In this document: positions 29,341 through 38,702 of the stretch, piece after piece | Layout: each line of letters starts with the position of its first letter | Position numbering within the stretch: the first letter of the stretch is position 1 | NCBI GenBank assembly: GCA_038142145.1 | Contig: JAYQJM010000005.1 | Location: 366,114 to 430,113, forward strand | Direction of reading: 5' to 3' | DNA length: 64,000 nucleotides | From: Candidatus Actinomarina sp. | Lineage (GTDB): Bacteria > Actinomycetota > Acidimicrobiia > Actinomarinales > Actinomarinaceae | Program-made: the position numbers and the translations under genes | Notes under the pieces: generated by a model | What the model saw: only the letters and a program-made list of their open reading frames with translations | What the model was told of the DNA's origin: nothing | The model's database searches: none

Positions 29341-30384
29341 ATGAGAATTGAAGATGAAATAAAGTTAACTTTTGATGATGTATTAATCAGACCAAAGAGA
29401 AGCACGTTAGTATCGAGATCTGAAGTTGATCTAACAAGACCTTTTAAGTTTAAACACACCAAGAAAACATGGAGTGGTGTACCAATTTTTTCTGCAAATA
29501 TGGATACAACTGGTACCTTTAATACTGCTAAAGCCTTAGAAAAGTTTGGAATAATAACCGCTATCCATAAGTTTTATAGCATTGAGGATTGGAAAAGTAA
29601 TTTAGAACATTTAGATCCTAAATATCTAACTGTTACTGTTGGTACATCCGATGAAGAATTTCAAAAAGCAAAAGAAATTTTTACAATAAATGACGATATT
29701 GATTTTTTATGTCTTGACGTTGCCAATGGTTATAGAGAAGATTTTCTTCAAGCTATTTACAAATTTAGAAATGAGTTCCCTGAAAAAATAATCATAGCTG
29801 GAAATATTGCTACTAGAGAAATGACTGAAGCAATCATATTAGCTGGAGCTGACATAGTAAAAGTTGGCATTGGTCCTGGTTCCGTTTGTACTACTAGAAA
29901 AGTTGCTGGTGTTGGTTACCCTCAACTATCTGCAATTTCTGAATGCTCAGATGCAGCACATGGACTCGGTGGTCATGTAATTTCTGACGGTGGTTGTAAA
30001 TTTCCTGGAGATGTTTCTAAAGCCTTTGGTGCTGGAGCTGACTTCGTAATGCTAGGAGGAATGTTTGCAGGACATGAAGAATCTGGTGGGGAGTTGGTTA
30101 CTGAATCTAATGGTAAAAAATACAAAGATTTTTATGGAATGTCTTCTGAATTAGCTCAGCAAAGATACTATGGCGACGTTGCTAAGCACAGAGCTTCTGA
30201 GGGAAAAAAAGTAAGATTAGAGTATAAAGGTAACATTGAAAACACTGTTCAATCAGTACTCGGTGGCATGAGGTCGGCTTGTTCTTATGTAGGTGCTAAA
30301 ACTATCAAAGACTTACCAAAATGCACAACATTTATTCGTGTTACTCAAACTACAAATGAAGTGTTTAGTACGTTTGAAAATTGA
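29341..30384 (+). CDS. guaC: GMP reductase
   Basis: 347 aa. The N-terminus [31 protein letters not shown] is near-identical in pattern to enterobacterial GuaC. It also has IMPDH-fold motifs ([11 protein letters not shown]). Confidence 0.9.
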   Translation: MRIEDEIKLTFDDVLIRPKRSTLVSRSEVDLTRPFKFKHTKKTWSGVPIFSANMDTTGTFNTAKALEKFGIITAIHKFYSIEDWKSNLEHLDPKYLTVTVGTSDEEFQKAKEIFTINDDIDFLCLDVANGYREDFLQAIYKFRNEFPEKIIIAGNIATREMTEAIILAGADIVKVGIGPGSVCTTRKVAGVGYPQLSAISECSDAAHGLGGHVISDGGCKFPGDVSKAFGAGADFVMLGGMFAGHEESGGELVTESNGKKYKDFYGMSSELAQQRYYGDVAKHRASEGKKVRLEYKGNIENTVQSVLGGMRSACSYVGAKTIKDLPKCTTFIRVTQTTNEVFSTFEN

Positions 30385-30608
30385 AAGTAGAAATATACAC
30401 TAAAAATAATTGTATTTGGTGTGACAGAGCCAAACTTCTATTAGATTCAAAAGATATTGAGTTTAAAGAAATTGATCTATCAGATGATCAAAAAAGAGAT
30501 AAATTTTACAACTCTATTGGTAAAAATGTTAAAACAGTGCCTCAGATTTACATTGATGATCTGAGGATAGGTGGATACCAAGATCTCGTAGCGTGGTTAA
30601 ATGGCTAA
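30381..30608 (+). CDS. Glutaredoxin-like protein
   Basis: 75 aa with a CIWC active site and [18 protein letters not shown]. The TTG start overlaps the guaC stop. Confidence 0.8.
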   Translation: MKVEIYTKNNCIWCDRAKLLLDSKDIEFKEIDLSDDQKRDKFYNSIGKNVKTVPQIYIDDLRIGGYQDLVAWLNG

Positions 30609-31500
30609 ACAAGATTCATCTAAAACAGTTTTTCTTGCTCTCTCGGTTAATTTTTTTATAGGCTTGATTAAATCATTTGTTGCATTCATTACGAATTCAA
30701 GTGCGATGTTTTCAGAAGCTATTCATTCATTTGTTGATTCATTTAATCAATTTTTACTATGGTTTGGAATTAAACAATCAAAAAAAGATAACCGAAAAAT
30801 TTATCCATTAGGAAGAGGGAAGGAAGAGTATTTTTGGACACTTGTTGTTGCAGTTCTTATATTTACAGTAGGTGGTCTTGTTTCTTTAGAACATGGAATT
30901 GAGGCACTTTCTCATCCTAAAAAATTAGAAAATCTAGCTATCTCTATTTCTATATTAAGTATTTCTATAATTCTAGAAACTTACGTGTTAATTAAAGCAG
31001 TTAAAAAATTAAGAGATGGAAAAAAGAATAAATCCATAATGAAGTTATTAAAAAAAAGCAATGACGGACCATTAATTGCAATTGTTGTAGAAGACTTTGC
31101 AGCGACTCTAGGTTTGATTATTGCTTTGATTGGAACTTTGATATCATACTTTACGAATAATCCAATTTATGATGCAATAAGTTCTATATTAATTGGAATT
31201 TTATTGATGGTGTCAGGTTTATTTTTAGGATATGAGATGAAACATTTGATTACCGGTGAAGCAATCAGTTCTGATCTCTACATTGAACTAAAAAATGCTT
31301 TACAGAAAAATAAAGAAATAATTTCAGTTATGACAATTAAAACAATTTCAATTGGAGCAGAAAAATATTTATGTATTGTTGAGTTAAATTATCAAGACAA
31401 TTTAGAAGATGTCGATATTGTTAGTTTAAATAAGAAATTAGAGACTGAATTGAAATCTATTGATCAAAGACTGGAACAAATATATTTAATTCCTGCTTAA
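30601..31500 (+). CDS. Cation diffusion facilitator family transporter
   Basis: 299 aa with six TM segments, the EAIHSFVDSFNQ motif in TM2, and a C-terminal cytoplasmic domain. Confidence 0.75.
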   Translation: MAKQDSSKTVFLALSVNFFIGLIKSFVAFITNSSAMFSEAIHSFVDSFNQFLLWFGIKQSKKDNRKIYPLGRGKEEYFWTLVVAVLIFTVGGLVSLEHGIEALSHPKKLENLAISISILSISIILETYVLIKAVKKLRDGKKNKSIMKLLKKSNDGPLIAIVVEDFAATLGLIIALIGTLISYFTNNPIYDAISSILIGILLMVSGLFLGYEMKHLITGEAISSDLYIELKNALQKNKEIISVMTIKTISIGAEKYLCIVELNYQDNLEDVDIVSLNKKLETELKSIDQRLEQIYLIPA

Positions 31501-31508
31501 AATAAAGT

Positions 31509-31880
31509 ATGGACATAAGCAAGAATCACTTATCTGAAGAACAAATAGAAGTAACGCAATTCTGTGGTACTGAACCTCCATTTTCTGGTGAACTTCTTAA
31601 TGAAAAGAGAGAAGGAATCTATTCTTGTGTTGTATGCAGTAGCGTATTGTTTGACTCTGATACAAAATATGAATCTGGGTCTGGATGGCCAAGTTTTTTT
31701 AATTCTATTGAAGATAAGATTGTTAGAAAAGAAGATAGAAGTCACGGAATGGTAAGAGTAGAAATTGTTTGTGCTAAATGTGAATCTCATCTCGGTCATG
31801 TCTTTAATGATGGTCCGGCACCAACTGGTGAGAGGTATTGCGTGAACTCTTTGAGTCTTGCGTTTACTGTTAATGAATAA
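31509..31880 (+). CDS. msrB: Peptide-methionine (R)-S-oxide reductase
   Basis: 123 aa with two CxxC pairs (CVVC, CAKC), [15 protein letters not shown] and RYCVNS. Confidence 0.93.
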   Translation: MDISKNHLSEEQIEVTQFCGTEPPFSGELLNEKREGIYSCVVCSSVLFDSDTKYESGSGWPSFFNSIEDKIVRKEDRSHGMVRVEIVCAKCESHLGHVFNDGPAPTGERYCVNSLSLAFTVNE

Positions 31881-32184
31881 AATTTATGTAGATAGTGAAT
31901 GCTCCATGTGTTCACAATATGGTAATTGGATTTCTTCTAAACAAAAAAATATAAAACTATCAACACAATCACAGTTATCTAATAATGAAATACAGATGGA
32001 CACATTAATTTTTGAAAATGATCAAAAAAAATATTATTTCTCAGATGCTGTTATTGAATCAATTGCTTCAATTGGAGGTATGTATTCAATCGTAAAAATA
32101 CTTTATTTAGTACCAAAAAAAATTAGAAACTTTATATATACATTAATTTCTAAAAATAGACATAGATTTTTCAAAGTTGACTGA
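31873..32184 (+). CDS. DCC-family thiol-disulfide oxidoreductase (DUF393-like)
   Basis: The product from the ATG at 31873 (overlapping the msrB stop) starts [20 protein letters not shown], a D-x-x-C-x-x-C motif. Confidence 0.55.
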   Translation: MNKIYVDSECSMCSQYGNWISSKQKNIKLSTQSQLSNNEIQMDTLIFENDQKKYYFSDAVIESIASIGGMYSIVKILYLVPKKIRNFIYTLISKNRHRFFKVD

Positions 32185-32398
32185 TTTTATAAAAAATTTT
32201 AATTCTAAAAGTTTATTAAAAAATATTATTATATTTTCAATTTTTCGAGCAATATATGGAGCTTTTGTCTTATTGTTTGCATACAGAATAACTTTTTTTA
32301 CTGATAATAATTATTTTTATGGAGGATTATTTTTTATTATAAGCATGTATTTATCAAGGAAAATTTTTAAATATATAAAAATTAGATTTAATCTCTAA
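32177..32398 (+). CDS. Hypothetical small membrane protein (73 aa)
   Basis: Two hydrophobic spans; I recognise no family. Confidence 0.3.
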   Translation: MTDFIKNFNSKSLLKNIIIFSIFRAIYGAFVLLFAYRITFFTDNNYFYGGLFFIISMYLSRKIFKYIKIRFNL

Positions 32399-32870
32399 AA
32401 TTTATATAACTTAGAGGTGTTTTTATATTTGAATCTTTTAAGAGTGTAATTACATCTTGAAGTTCGTCTCTTTTTTTTGATGTAACTCTAATCATTTGGT
32501 TTTGAAATGAAGTTTGTATTTTTTTATTATGATCTTTAATTAATTTTGTTATTTCTTTAGATTCCTCTTGATTTATTCCTGATTTCAAATTGAAGATAAA
32601 TTTAATTTCTGATGGTGTTTTTTCTATTTTTTTGTCAGACAAAAATTTAATTGATACATTTCTTTTTGAAAATTTCTCTCTCATTACCTGTTCTGCGGCG
32701 AGAGCCCTATCTTCTGTAGTGCTATGTAAGTTAATTTGATTTTCATTTAGTGATATTGTTGTGTTCGTATTTTTGAAATCGTATCTATTAACAATTTCTC
32801 TACCACTTTGGTCTATTGCATTAACTACTTCTTGCTTGTCAAATTCAGAAACTATATCAAAGCTAGGCAT
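32388..32870 (-). CDS. yajQ: YajQ-family nucleotide-binding protein (UPF0234)
   Basis: 160 aa. The N-terminus MPSFDIVSEFDKQEVVNAIDQSGREIVNRYDFK is characteristic. Confidence 0.85.
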   Translation of the reverse strand: MPSFDIVSEFDKQEVVNAIDQSGREIVNRYDFKNTNTTISLNENQINLHSTTEDRALAAEQVMREKFSKRNVSIKFLSDKKIEKTPSEIKFIFNLKSGINQEESKEITKLIKDHNKKIQTSFQNQMIRVTSKKRDELQDVITLLKDSNIKTPLSYINFRD

Positions 32871-32875
32871 GCTAT

Positions 32876-33241
32876 TTAGTTTACTATTTTATTTCCTAAG
32901 AATGTGCCAAATAATAAGCCTAAGATGGCACCCAACACTGAAAATGTAATGTAAAAAGTAATCAAAATTATGTTGTTTAGTTCTATATTTACAATATCTA
33001 AAGCAAATGTTGAAAATGTAGTCAATCCACCTGTAAAACCGACAATTAATAGAAAATTTAAATTTGTATTTCTTTCATTTAATACAGCTAAAAAGAATCC
33101 TATCAAGAATGAACCTAGTATATTAACAAAAAATGTGCCTTTATAAGATTTTAAAAATTCATAATCCATTTGAGTTATTAAAAATCTTATAGTTGAACCT
33201 AATCCGCCACCTATAAATACATAAAGGATTTTATTTAACAT
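32876..33241 (-). CDS. crcB: Fluoride ion channel CrcB/FluC
   Basis: 121 aa with four TM segments, GGGLGSTIRF and GFTGGLTTFSTF. Confidence 0.85.
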   Translation of the reverse strand: MLNKILYVFIGGGLGSTIRFLITQMDYEFLKSYKGTFFVNILGSFLIGFFLAVLNERNTNLNFLLIVGFTGGLTTFSTFALDIVNIELNNIILITFYITFSVLGAILGLLFGTFLGNKIVN

Positions 33242-33674
33242 ACTCTTGTCTTAATGATTCGTACGCAACTATGCTCACAGCATTTGCCAAATTAATGCTT
33301 CTAGATTCGCTATCCATCGGTATTTTTAAGTTTTGAAAAGATTCTATTATTTCATTTGGCAAGCCTACAGATTCAGGACCAAAAACTAAAAAATCAAAGT
33401 CATTTAACTCAACATCCCAAAATATTTTTGTTGATTTTGAGGAAAAACATCCTATATTTTTGTTCTTATTGACTTCTAAAAATTCAGACCATGAATTGTA
33501 TGTATTGACTGTAGCTAGATCATGGTAATCAAGACCAGCACGTCTTATTTTGTTTTCCTGTAATGAGAATCCAAATGGTTTTATTAAATTTAGTGGAATT
33601 CCTGAGTTCGCAGAAAGTCTAATTAAAGCACCAACATTTCCAGCTATTTCAGGCTGATATAAAACTAACTCCAC
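33231..33674 (-). CDS. trmL: SpoU-family tRNA 2'-O-methyltransferase (TrmL-like)
   Basis: 147 aa with VLYQPEIAGNVGALIRL, FGPESVGLP and NLANAVSIVAYE. GTG start. Confidence 0.8.
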   Translation of the reverse strand: MELVLYQPEIAGNVGALIRLSANSGIPLNLIKPFGFSLQENKIRRAGLDYHDLATVNTYNSWSEFLEVNKNKNIGCFSSKSTKIFWDVELNDFDFLVFGPESVGLPNEIIESFQNLKIPMDSESRSINLANAVSIVAYESLRQEYVK

Positions 33675-33680
33675 TATTTA

Positions 33681-33686
33681 ATTATA
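33681..33686 (-). promoter_or_regulatory. Candidate -10 box TATAAT for trmL, at -12..-7 from the GTG start
   Basis: The reverse complement of 33675-33686 reads TATAATTAAATA, followed immediately by GTG. Confidence 0.5.
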
Positions 33687-33723
33687 TTCTTTTAAAGAAC
33701 TTCCATACAGTTAAAATATTATT

Positions 33724-35286
33724 GTGAAACAAATATCTAAATTATTCTTGCCAAATTTCAGATCGTATAAAAATGTTTTTATAGAAATCTCTAATACTTC
33801 TATATCAAGAGAAAGGTTCATTGATTTTATTAAAGTATTTGGCTTGTCTCTATTAATTTTGAACTCAATATTTTTTATTGAATTTGAAAAGTCTGGAGGG
33901 GAATGGCTTGTATCAAATTTATCGAATTCATCAAGTTCTTATCTTGTCTTGTCATGGTTTACAGTAGGAAAAACATTATTTTTCTTTTCTATGGGCTTTT
34001 CAAATTTATTAGCATGGTATTCCAATGTTGGCAGAGAAGGAAGTCAGTGGAATTATTTAGCTGATAGAATAAATAGCTTGATAGGACCTGTACTTGTTTG
34101 GTTATTAATAAGTACAGTAATTTTAAACTGGGTATCAACAGTACCTTCTTTACCAAATTATTTAACTACAGCAGAAGATGGAATAGTGCCTACTTTTGAA
34201 TTTGTCTTATGGCCTTTATGGTTAGTTACTATTTATTTAGTATTAGTAATCTTCACACCGTTGACTATTTACCTGCATAAAAAGTATCCATATATAGCTC
34301 TTTTTGGATTAGGTTTTTTAACTTTTCTAGTCGACACAATAAGTTTTCCAATTAGTCTGTCTTACCTAGAACTTTTAAATTATTTATTTTTTTGGTTAAC
34401 TGTACATCAAATTGGTTACTTTTTTGCTGACGGGAAATTACAAACAATTAAAAAACAAGTTTTTCTATCAATATCAATTGGATGTTTTTCTTATCTTTTT
34501 TACAAACTTGGGGAGAACACATCTTATTTATCTATGACCAGTTATAGGTTGACTTCATTTAATAATGAAGATCCTCCAACTTTTTTATATTTAATTTGTT
34601 CAATAGGTTTGTTGTCTTTGTTTCTTTCGATAAGAAATAATATTGAGAATTTTTTAAATAAAAAATTTAGTTGGAATTTATTTTCCACTTTGCACTCAAA
34701 CATATATACGGTTTATTTGTGGCATTTAATTTTATTTTATTTTTTATATTTATACGATATCAATCTCATTTATCTTCCAATATTATTGATTTTTACTTCA
34801 TTTATGTTTGGTAGCTATGAAAGGAACACATTTAAACTCTCTTCAAATTTTGTAAAAAGAGTAAATCCATTACAGCCTTGGCCAACACCGATAAAGGCTA
34901 GATTTTCTATAATTAATTTTTCACTAGCTTGGGTTTCTGCTTTCTTAATTTTACTAGGAGTAATTCATGTAACTTTAGGTGGGATTGGTCAGGATGGATT
35001 TAATACTATAAGAGAATTTTATTTTTTGAGCAGCTCTACTTTTGATGGTTTTTCGAGAATTTTAATTGGTATTTTGCTTTTAAATTTAACTGTAAGAGGT
35101 AAGAAATACACAAAAAGATTATTAACTTTTGGAATACTGCTAAATTTATTATCAATTTTTCTTAAGTACACGAACTATCCAGAACTAAATTTAAATAATT
35201 ATTATTTACAAATAACGACTACTTTATATTTCCTTATTGTATTATTTGCGAAAAGTAACTTTAAAATAAGAAATAAGGTCAAATAA
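33724..35286 (+). CDS. Large polytopic membrane protein of unknown function (520 aa)
   Basis: It has at least 12 hydrophobic spans. The resemblance to acyltransferase-3 proteins is weak and I do not rely on it. TAAAAT lies at -12..-7 from the GTG start. Confidence 0.5.
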   Translation: MKQISKLFLPNFRSYKNVFIEISNTSISRERFIDFIKVFGLSLLILNSIFFIEFEKSGGEWLVSNLSNSSSSYLVLSWFTVGKTLFFFSMGFSNLLAWYSNVGREGSQWNYLADRINSLIGPVLVWLLISTVILNWVSTVPSLPNYLTTAEDGIVPTFEFVLWPLWLVTIYLVLVIFTPLTIYLHKKYPYIALFGLGFLTFLVDTISFPISLSYLELLNYLFFWLTVHQIGYFFADGKLQTIKKQVFLSISIGCFSYLFYKLGENTSYLSMTSYRLTSFNNEDPPTFLYLICSIGLLSLFLSIRNNIENFLNKKFSWNLFSTLHSNIYTVYLWHLILFYFLYLYDINLIYLPILLIFTSFMFGSYERNTFKLSSNFVKRVNPLQPWPTPIKARFSIINFSLAWVSAFLILLGVIHVTLGGIGQDGFNTIREFYFLSSSTFDGFSRILIGILLLNLTVRGKKYTKRLLTFGILLNLLSIFLKYTNYPELNLNNYYLQITTTLYFLIVLFAKSNFKIRNKVK

Positions 35287-35288
35287 TT

Positions 35289-36332
35289 GTGAATTTACCA
35301 AAAGGCGAAACAAGACAAGAGTTATTAAATAGGACTTTTCTTTATATAATTTTAATTACTTTTGCAGTTCTAATTATTATTCGTGTCAAAGCTTTGTTGT
35401 TTGATTTGTCAGTTGCAATAATACTATCAGTTTTAGCTGAGCCTGCTGTGTATAGACTCTCTAAAAAAGTTAACAGGAAGTTAGCAGCCTCTTTAACCGT
35501 ATTAATCATATTACTTGTTTTAACTGGAGTGTTCTTGGCAATAATACCTGTAATGATTGATGAGATTTATTTTTTGTCAACGCAAGTATCAACTTACTTT
35601 GCTGACTTTTTCAATTACGCTGAAGAAAATTTTGGTCTAACAATATCTAGCGCTTCAATAGATATTGAAAATCAATTCCAAGAACTTATTCAAAGCTATG
35701 GAAACACAGTTGGATCAGGAGTAGTTTTTGCTGGTCAAGCAATATTGAATACGCTATTTCATGTATTTATAATTTTTTTCTTTGCGTTTTATTTTATTAG
35801 TGAAGGTGAAGGTTGGAGGATAAGGTTAAAAGAATCTTTGCCAAGCACATTTTCAAATTCAATTGACGATGTATGGAGAATTGGCGTCTCTAAAGCGGGT
35901 GGTTTTATTATAGCTAAAGTAATTCTTGGATTGTTGGCAAGTGTTTTTCTATCTGTAGCATTTTATATTATTGGTTTGCCATCACCTATTGCCTTAGGTA
36001 TTTCAGCTGGAATAATATCTCAGCTTATTCCTGTTGTAGGTGCTTTCTTGGGTGGACTTGTACCATTTATTGCATCTATATCTCTAGGTGGTCAAACAAT
36101 GGTTTTGACTCTTTCAATAATGTTTATTTATCAAGCTATAGAAAATTACTTATTAAGTCCTCGTATAACTAAGTCAACAATGGAAGTTCATCCTGCAGTT
36201 GCTGTATTTTCAACTTTATTTGGGGCATACACTTTTGGCGCTGTTGGTGCAGTGCTTGCTTTACCAGTCGCAGCAACGATCCAAGGTGTACTGGGAATAA
36301 TAATATCTAACCGAAAAGAATCTAGTGTTTAA
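35289..36332 (+). CDS. AI-2E family transporter (PerM/UPF0118)
   Basis: 347 aa with about 8 TM segments and the C-terminal motif IYQAIENYLLSPRI. Confidence 0.8.
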   Translation: MNLPKGETRQELLNRTFLYIILITFAVLIIIRVKALLFDLSVAIILSVLAEPAVYRLSKKVNRKLAASLTVLIILLVLTGVFLAIIPVMIDEIYFLSTQVSTYFADFFNYAEENFGLTISSASIDIENQFQELIQSYGNTVGSGVVFAGQAILNTLFHVFIIFFFAFYFISEGEGWRIRLKESLPSTFSNSIDDVWRIGVSKAGGFIIAKVILGLLASVFLSVAFYIIGLPSPIALGISAGIISQLIPVVGAFLGGLVPFIASISLGGQTMVLTLSIMFIYQAIENYLLSPRITKSTMEVHPAVAVFSTLFGAYTFGAVGAVLALPVAATIQGVLGIIISNRKESSV

Positions 36333-36609
36333 CTTAGCCATATCTTCAATCAAAGCTTTAGAAAGCTTAATTGAAAATATTGAAAATGAAACTTTAGATC
36401 CAATTGAAAAATCTATTAAAAATGTTCGTAAAAATTTTAAAGCCGGAAATTACTTAGCTATTGCATCTTTATTTTTATTAGTAGGATTTTCTGCAATCTT
36501 AAGTCAATACTTCACAGGTCAGTATTTTCTTCAATCACTTGTGTATTTTAGTTTTGCATTTCTTTCTATCTTAATTTTTATTGTCATTGTTTGGAGGATT
36601 CTTAAATGA
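36325..36609 (+). CDS. Hypothetical membrane protein (94 aa)
   Basis: Two TM spans; overlaps the stop of the AI-2E gene. Confidence 0.4.
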   Translation: MFNLAISSIKALESLIENIENETLDPIEKSIKNVRKNFKAGNYLAIASLFLLVGFSAILSQYFTGQYFLQSLVYFSFAFLSILIFIVIVWRILK

Positions 36610-36758
36610 ACGATTTTAAAAAAAACTTTGAAAACCTGAATAATGATTTAAACAATGATAACAAAAATGTAATCTCAATATTAATTTTTGGTTTAATAAT
36701 TGGAAGAATATACGAAAAATTTGTTAGATTAAAGAAAAATATTAGGAAAAAATTTTAA
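36606..36758 (+). CDS. Candidate small membrane protein (50 aa), below the ORF-track cutoff
   Basis: There is an ATGA overlap with the upstream stop. The product is MNDFKKNFENLNNDLNNDNKNVISILIFGLIIGRIYEKFVRLKKNIRKKF, with one TM span and a basic tail. Confidence 0.3.
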   Translation: MNDFKKNFENLNNDLNNDNKNVISILIFGLIIGRIYEKFVRLKKNIRKKF

Positions 36759-36847
36759 TGAATAAAAAATTCCAAAAAATTGTAGTTATTGTTGTTGCCG
36801 TAGGAATGGTTTTGACTACAGTAGCTTCATTTCTTGCTTTTTTATAA
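36758..36847 (+). CDS. Candidate small membrane peptide (29 aa), below the ORF-track cutoff
   Basis: It has a TAATG overlap upstream, and its TAA is followed directly by the trmI ATG. The product is MNKKFQKIVVIVVAVGMVLTTVASFLAFL. Confidence 0.25.
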   Translation: MNKKFQKIVVIVVAVGMVLTTVASFLAFL

Positions 36848-37627
36848 ATGAATCTAGATAATAGGGTAGTTGTAGTCAAATCTGATAAAAATAAGTTTTT
36901 AGCAGTTGTTGAAAAAGGTAAAGAATTTGTAACAAATGAAGGAAAAATTCAATTTGATAACTTACATACTTTACCTTCAAAATTAATATCCTCATCAGGA
37001 TTTGAATTTAAAATATATTCTCCTACTTACAAAGAATTTGTATTACTTATGAAGCGTGGACCTCAAATAATCTATCCAAAAGATTTAGGTCAAATAATAG
37101 TAGAGGCTGATGTTAGCTCCAACAGTACTGTGTTGGAAATTGGCACAGGTTCTGGTGCTCTTACTTTGTTTTTATTTAAGATTTTAAAAGACAATGGAAA
37201 TCTTTATACGCTCGATATATCAAAGCAAAATCAAAGAAGAGCGCAAAAAACAATTTCTAGATTTTTTAACCAAACAAGTTCAGAAAACGAATTTAAAAGT
37301 GTAAATTATATAAATTCAGATATAGAGGATTTTAATTTTAGCGATATATCAGATCATGTTGATTCTATCATTACTGATATACCTGAACCATGGTTGTTTT
37401 TTGTGAATAATGAAGTCAATAAAAACATTAATTGGGTTTCTTATTTACCTAATTTAACCCAGGTACAAAAAATTATAAATACCCTTACCGATAATGGCTT
37501 TGAAAACTTAGAAGTTAAAGAAATTATTTTAAGAGATTGGGTAGTAGATGATAAAAAACTTAGACCATCAAATAAGATGATTTCTCACACTGGTTTTTTA
37601 GTTTCGGGTCAAAAAATAATTTTTTAG
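36848..37627 (+). CDS. trmI: tRNA (adenine58-N1)-methyltransferase TrmI/GCD14 family
   Basis: 259 aa with GPQIIYPKDLGQII and the SAM motif VLEIGTGSGALT. It occupies the same position as Rv2118c beside the proteasome locus. Confidence 0.8.
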   Translation: MNLDNRVVVVKSDKNKFLAVVEKGKEFVTNEGKIQFDNLHTLPSKLISSSGFEFKIYSPTYKEFVLLMKRGPQIIYPKDLGQIIVEADVSSNSTVLEIGTGSGALTLFLFKILKDNGNLYTLDISKQNQRRAQKTISRFFNQTSSENEFKSVNYINSDIEDFNFSDISDHVDSIITDIPEPWLFFVNNEVNKNINWVSYLPNLTQVQKIINTLTDNGFENLEVKEIILRDWVVDDKKLRPSNKMISHTGFLVSGQKIIF

Positions 37628-37630
37628 TAA

Positions 37631-37876
37631 TTACGGCTCAATCATTATGCACTCACCAGGGCATTCTTCAGCAGATTCTATAACTGCATCTTCCTGTCCT
37701 TTGGGTACATTTGCTAAACCTTCAGCTCCACCAACATTACCATGTTCTTCAGAGAAAATTTTATCCCCTTCTTTAACATAGAAAAGTCCGTCGTCTAAAC
37801 CGACAAAGACATCTGGTGCAATTTCTTCACAGAGTCCGTCTCCAGTACATAAATCTTGATCAATCCATACTTTCAT
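37631..37876 (-). CDS. Small ferredoxin (single Fe-S cluster type)
   Basis: 81 aa with CTGDGLCEEIAP...CPGECI. It is acidic, Lys-poor, and visibly more GC-rich than its neighbours. Confidence 0.8.
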   Translation of the reverse strand: MKVWIDQDLCTGDGLCEEIAPDVFVGLDDGLFYVKEGDKIFSEEHGNVGGAEGLANVPKGQEDAVIESAEECPGECIMIEP

Positions 37877-37943
37877 AAATTTAATTTTACATTATTACCG
37901 CAATATATAAATCTATATGGCAATTTTATTTATAATTTTTTTG

Positions 37944-37949
37944 TACAAT
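37944..37949 (+). promoter_or_regulatory. Candidate -10 box TACAAT for prcB, at -12..-7 from the ATG at 37956
   Basis: TACAAT is followed by 6 nt (AAAATT) and then the ATG. This supports 37956 over the track start at 37917. Confidence 0.45.
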
Positions 37950-37955
37950 AAAATT

Positions 37956-38702
37956 ATGAACTTTGAAAAACTGTTGCAGATGAATTCAAAATCTTTAATT
38001 CAAGATCCAGTTTTCCCAGAATTCATTAATAGTAAAGCTGCTGGCTTTGAAAATTTTACATCCCAAGCTACGACTATTCTTTCTTTGAAATTCAACAATG
38101 GAGTAATCATGGTAGGCGATAGAAGAGCTACTCAAGGCAACTACATTGCCGATGATAACATTGTAAAAGTATTTGATGTAGACGAATCGTCAATGATAGG
38201 TGTTGCTGGAACTACAGCGATTGCATTTGAGTTAATTAAAAGATTCAAAGTTGAAGTTCTACATTATGAAAAAGTAAAAAATAAAAAATTATCTTTTGAG
38301 GGTAAAGTTAGTTTTCTCTCATCCTTAATTAAAAGTAATATTAATTTAATCAATTCTGGATTAATTGCAGTCCCAATATTTGCTGGAAAAAGTTATAAGG
38401 ATTTTAAAATCTCAAGTTTTGATGCACTTGGGGGTGCATATTATGAGGATAATTATTCTTCAATTGGTTCAGGTTCTAGACTGGCAAATGTTTATTTACA
38501 AGATAATTTTCAAATTTTTAATTTGAAAGATGCAGTTACTTGCGGCATCAAAGCTTTACAAATTGCAGCATCAAATGATTCTGCAACTGTAGGACCTAGT
38601 ATTGAAAATAATATTTTTCCTACCATATATATTTGTACGAGTGATGAACTTGTCGAGTTATCTAATGAGAAAATAAAGAGTTATATGAAAGAATTAAAAT
38701 GA
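37956..38702 (+). CDS. prcB: Proteasome beta subunit with propeptide
   Basis: After the cleavage context ...TSQA, the mature N-terminus is TTILSLKFNNGVIMVGDRRATQGN...VK, which keeps Thr1, Asp17 and Lys33. GSGS is also present. The alternative start at 37917 would add a hydrophobic MAILFIIFLYNKI. Confidence 0.9.
   Translation: MNFEKLLQMNSKSLIQDPVFPEFINSKAAGFENFTSQATTILSLKFNNGVIMVGDRRATQGNYIADDNIVKVFDVDESSMIGVAGTTAIAFELIKRFKVEVLHYEKVKNKKLSFEGKVSFLSSLIKSNINLINSGLIAVPIFAGKSYKDFKISSFDALGGAYYEDNYSSIGSGSRLANVYLQDNFQIFNLKDAVTCGIKALQIAASNDSATVGPSIENNIFPTIYICTSDELVELSNEKIKSYMKELK

Noticed and set aside
29307-29462. The N-terminal 52-codon extension of the Lon-N domain ORF, as drawn in the track.
   Set aside because: It would overlap guaC head-to-head by about 120 nt, and the added residues are low-complexity. 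The internal ATG at 29304-29306 begins right before the conserved Lon-N motif.
33231-33260. A fluoride riboswitch upstream of crcB.
   Set aside because: The crcB start overlaps the 3' end of trmL by 11 nt. There is no non-coding leader in which a riboswitch could sit.
28090-33674. A possible genomic island integrated at the tRNA-Leu. The downstream genes are accessory-looking: amidotransferase, Lon-N domain protein, guaC, glutaredoxin, CDF, msrB, DCC, yajQ, crcB and trmL.
   Set aside because: I saw no integrase, no direct repeat of the tRNA 3' end downstream, and no compositional break. The packing is as tight as in the rest of the window. It looks like ordinary streamlined chromosome.
37917-37955. 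The upstream ATG for prcB, giving MAILFIIFLYNKI...
   Set aside because: The extension is a hydrophobic stretch that is implausible on a cytosolic propeptide. The region also contains a TACAAT hexamer correctly spaced for a leaderless start at 37956.
37628-37955. A hidden pup gene (a short ORF of about 60 aa ending in GGQ or GGE) near the proteasome genes.
   Set aside because: The only non-prc sequence here is the 81-aa ferredoxin on the opposite strand plus a 40-80 nt spacer. No such ORF is present.
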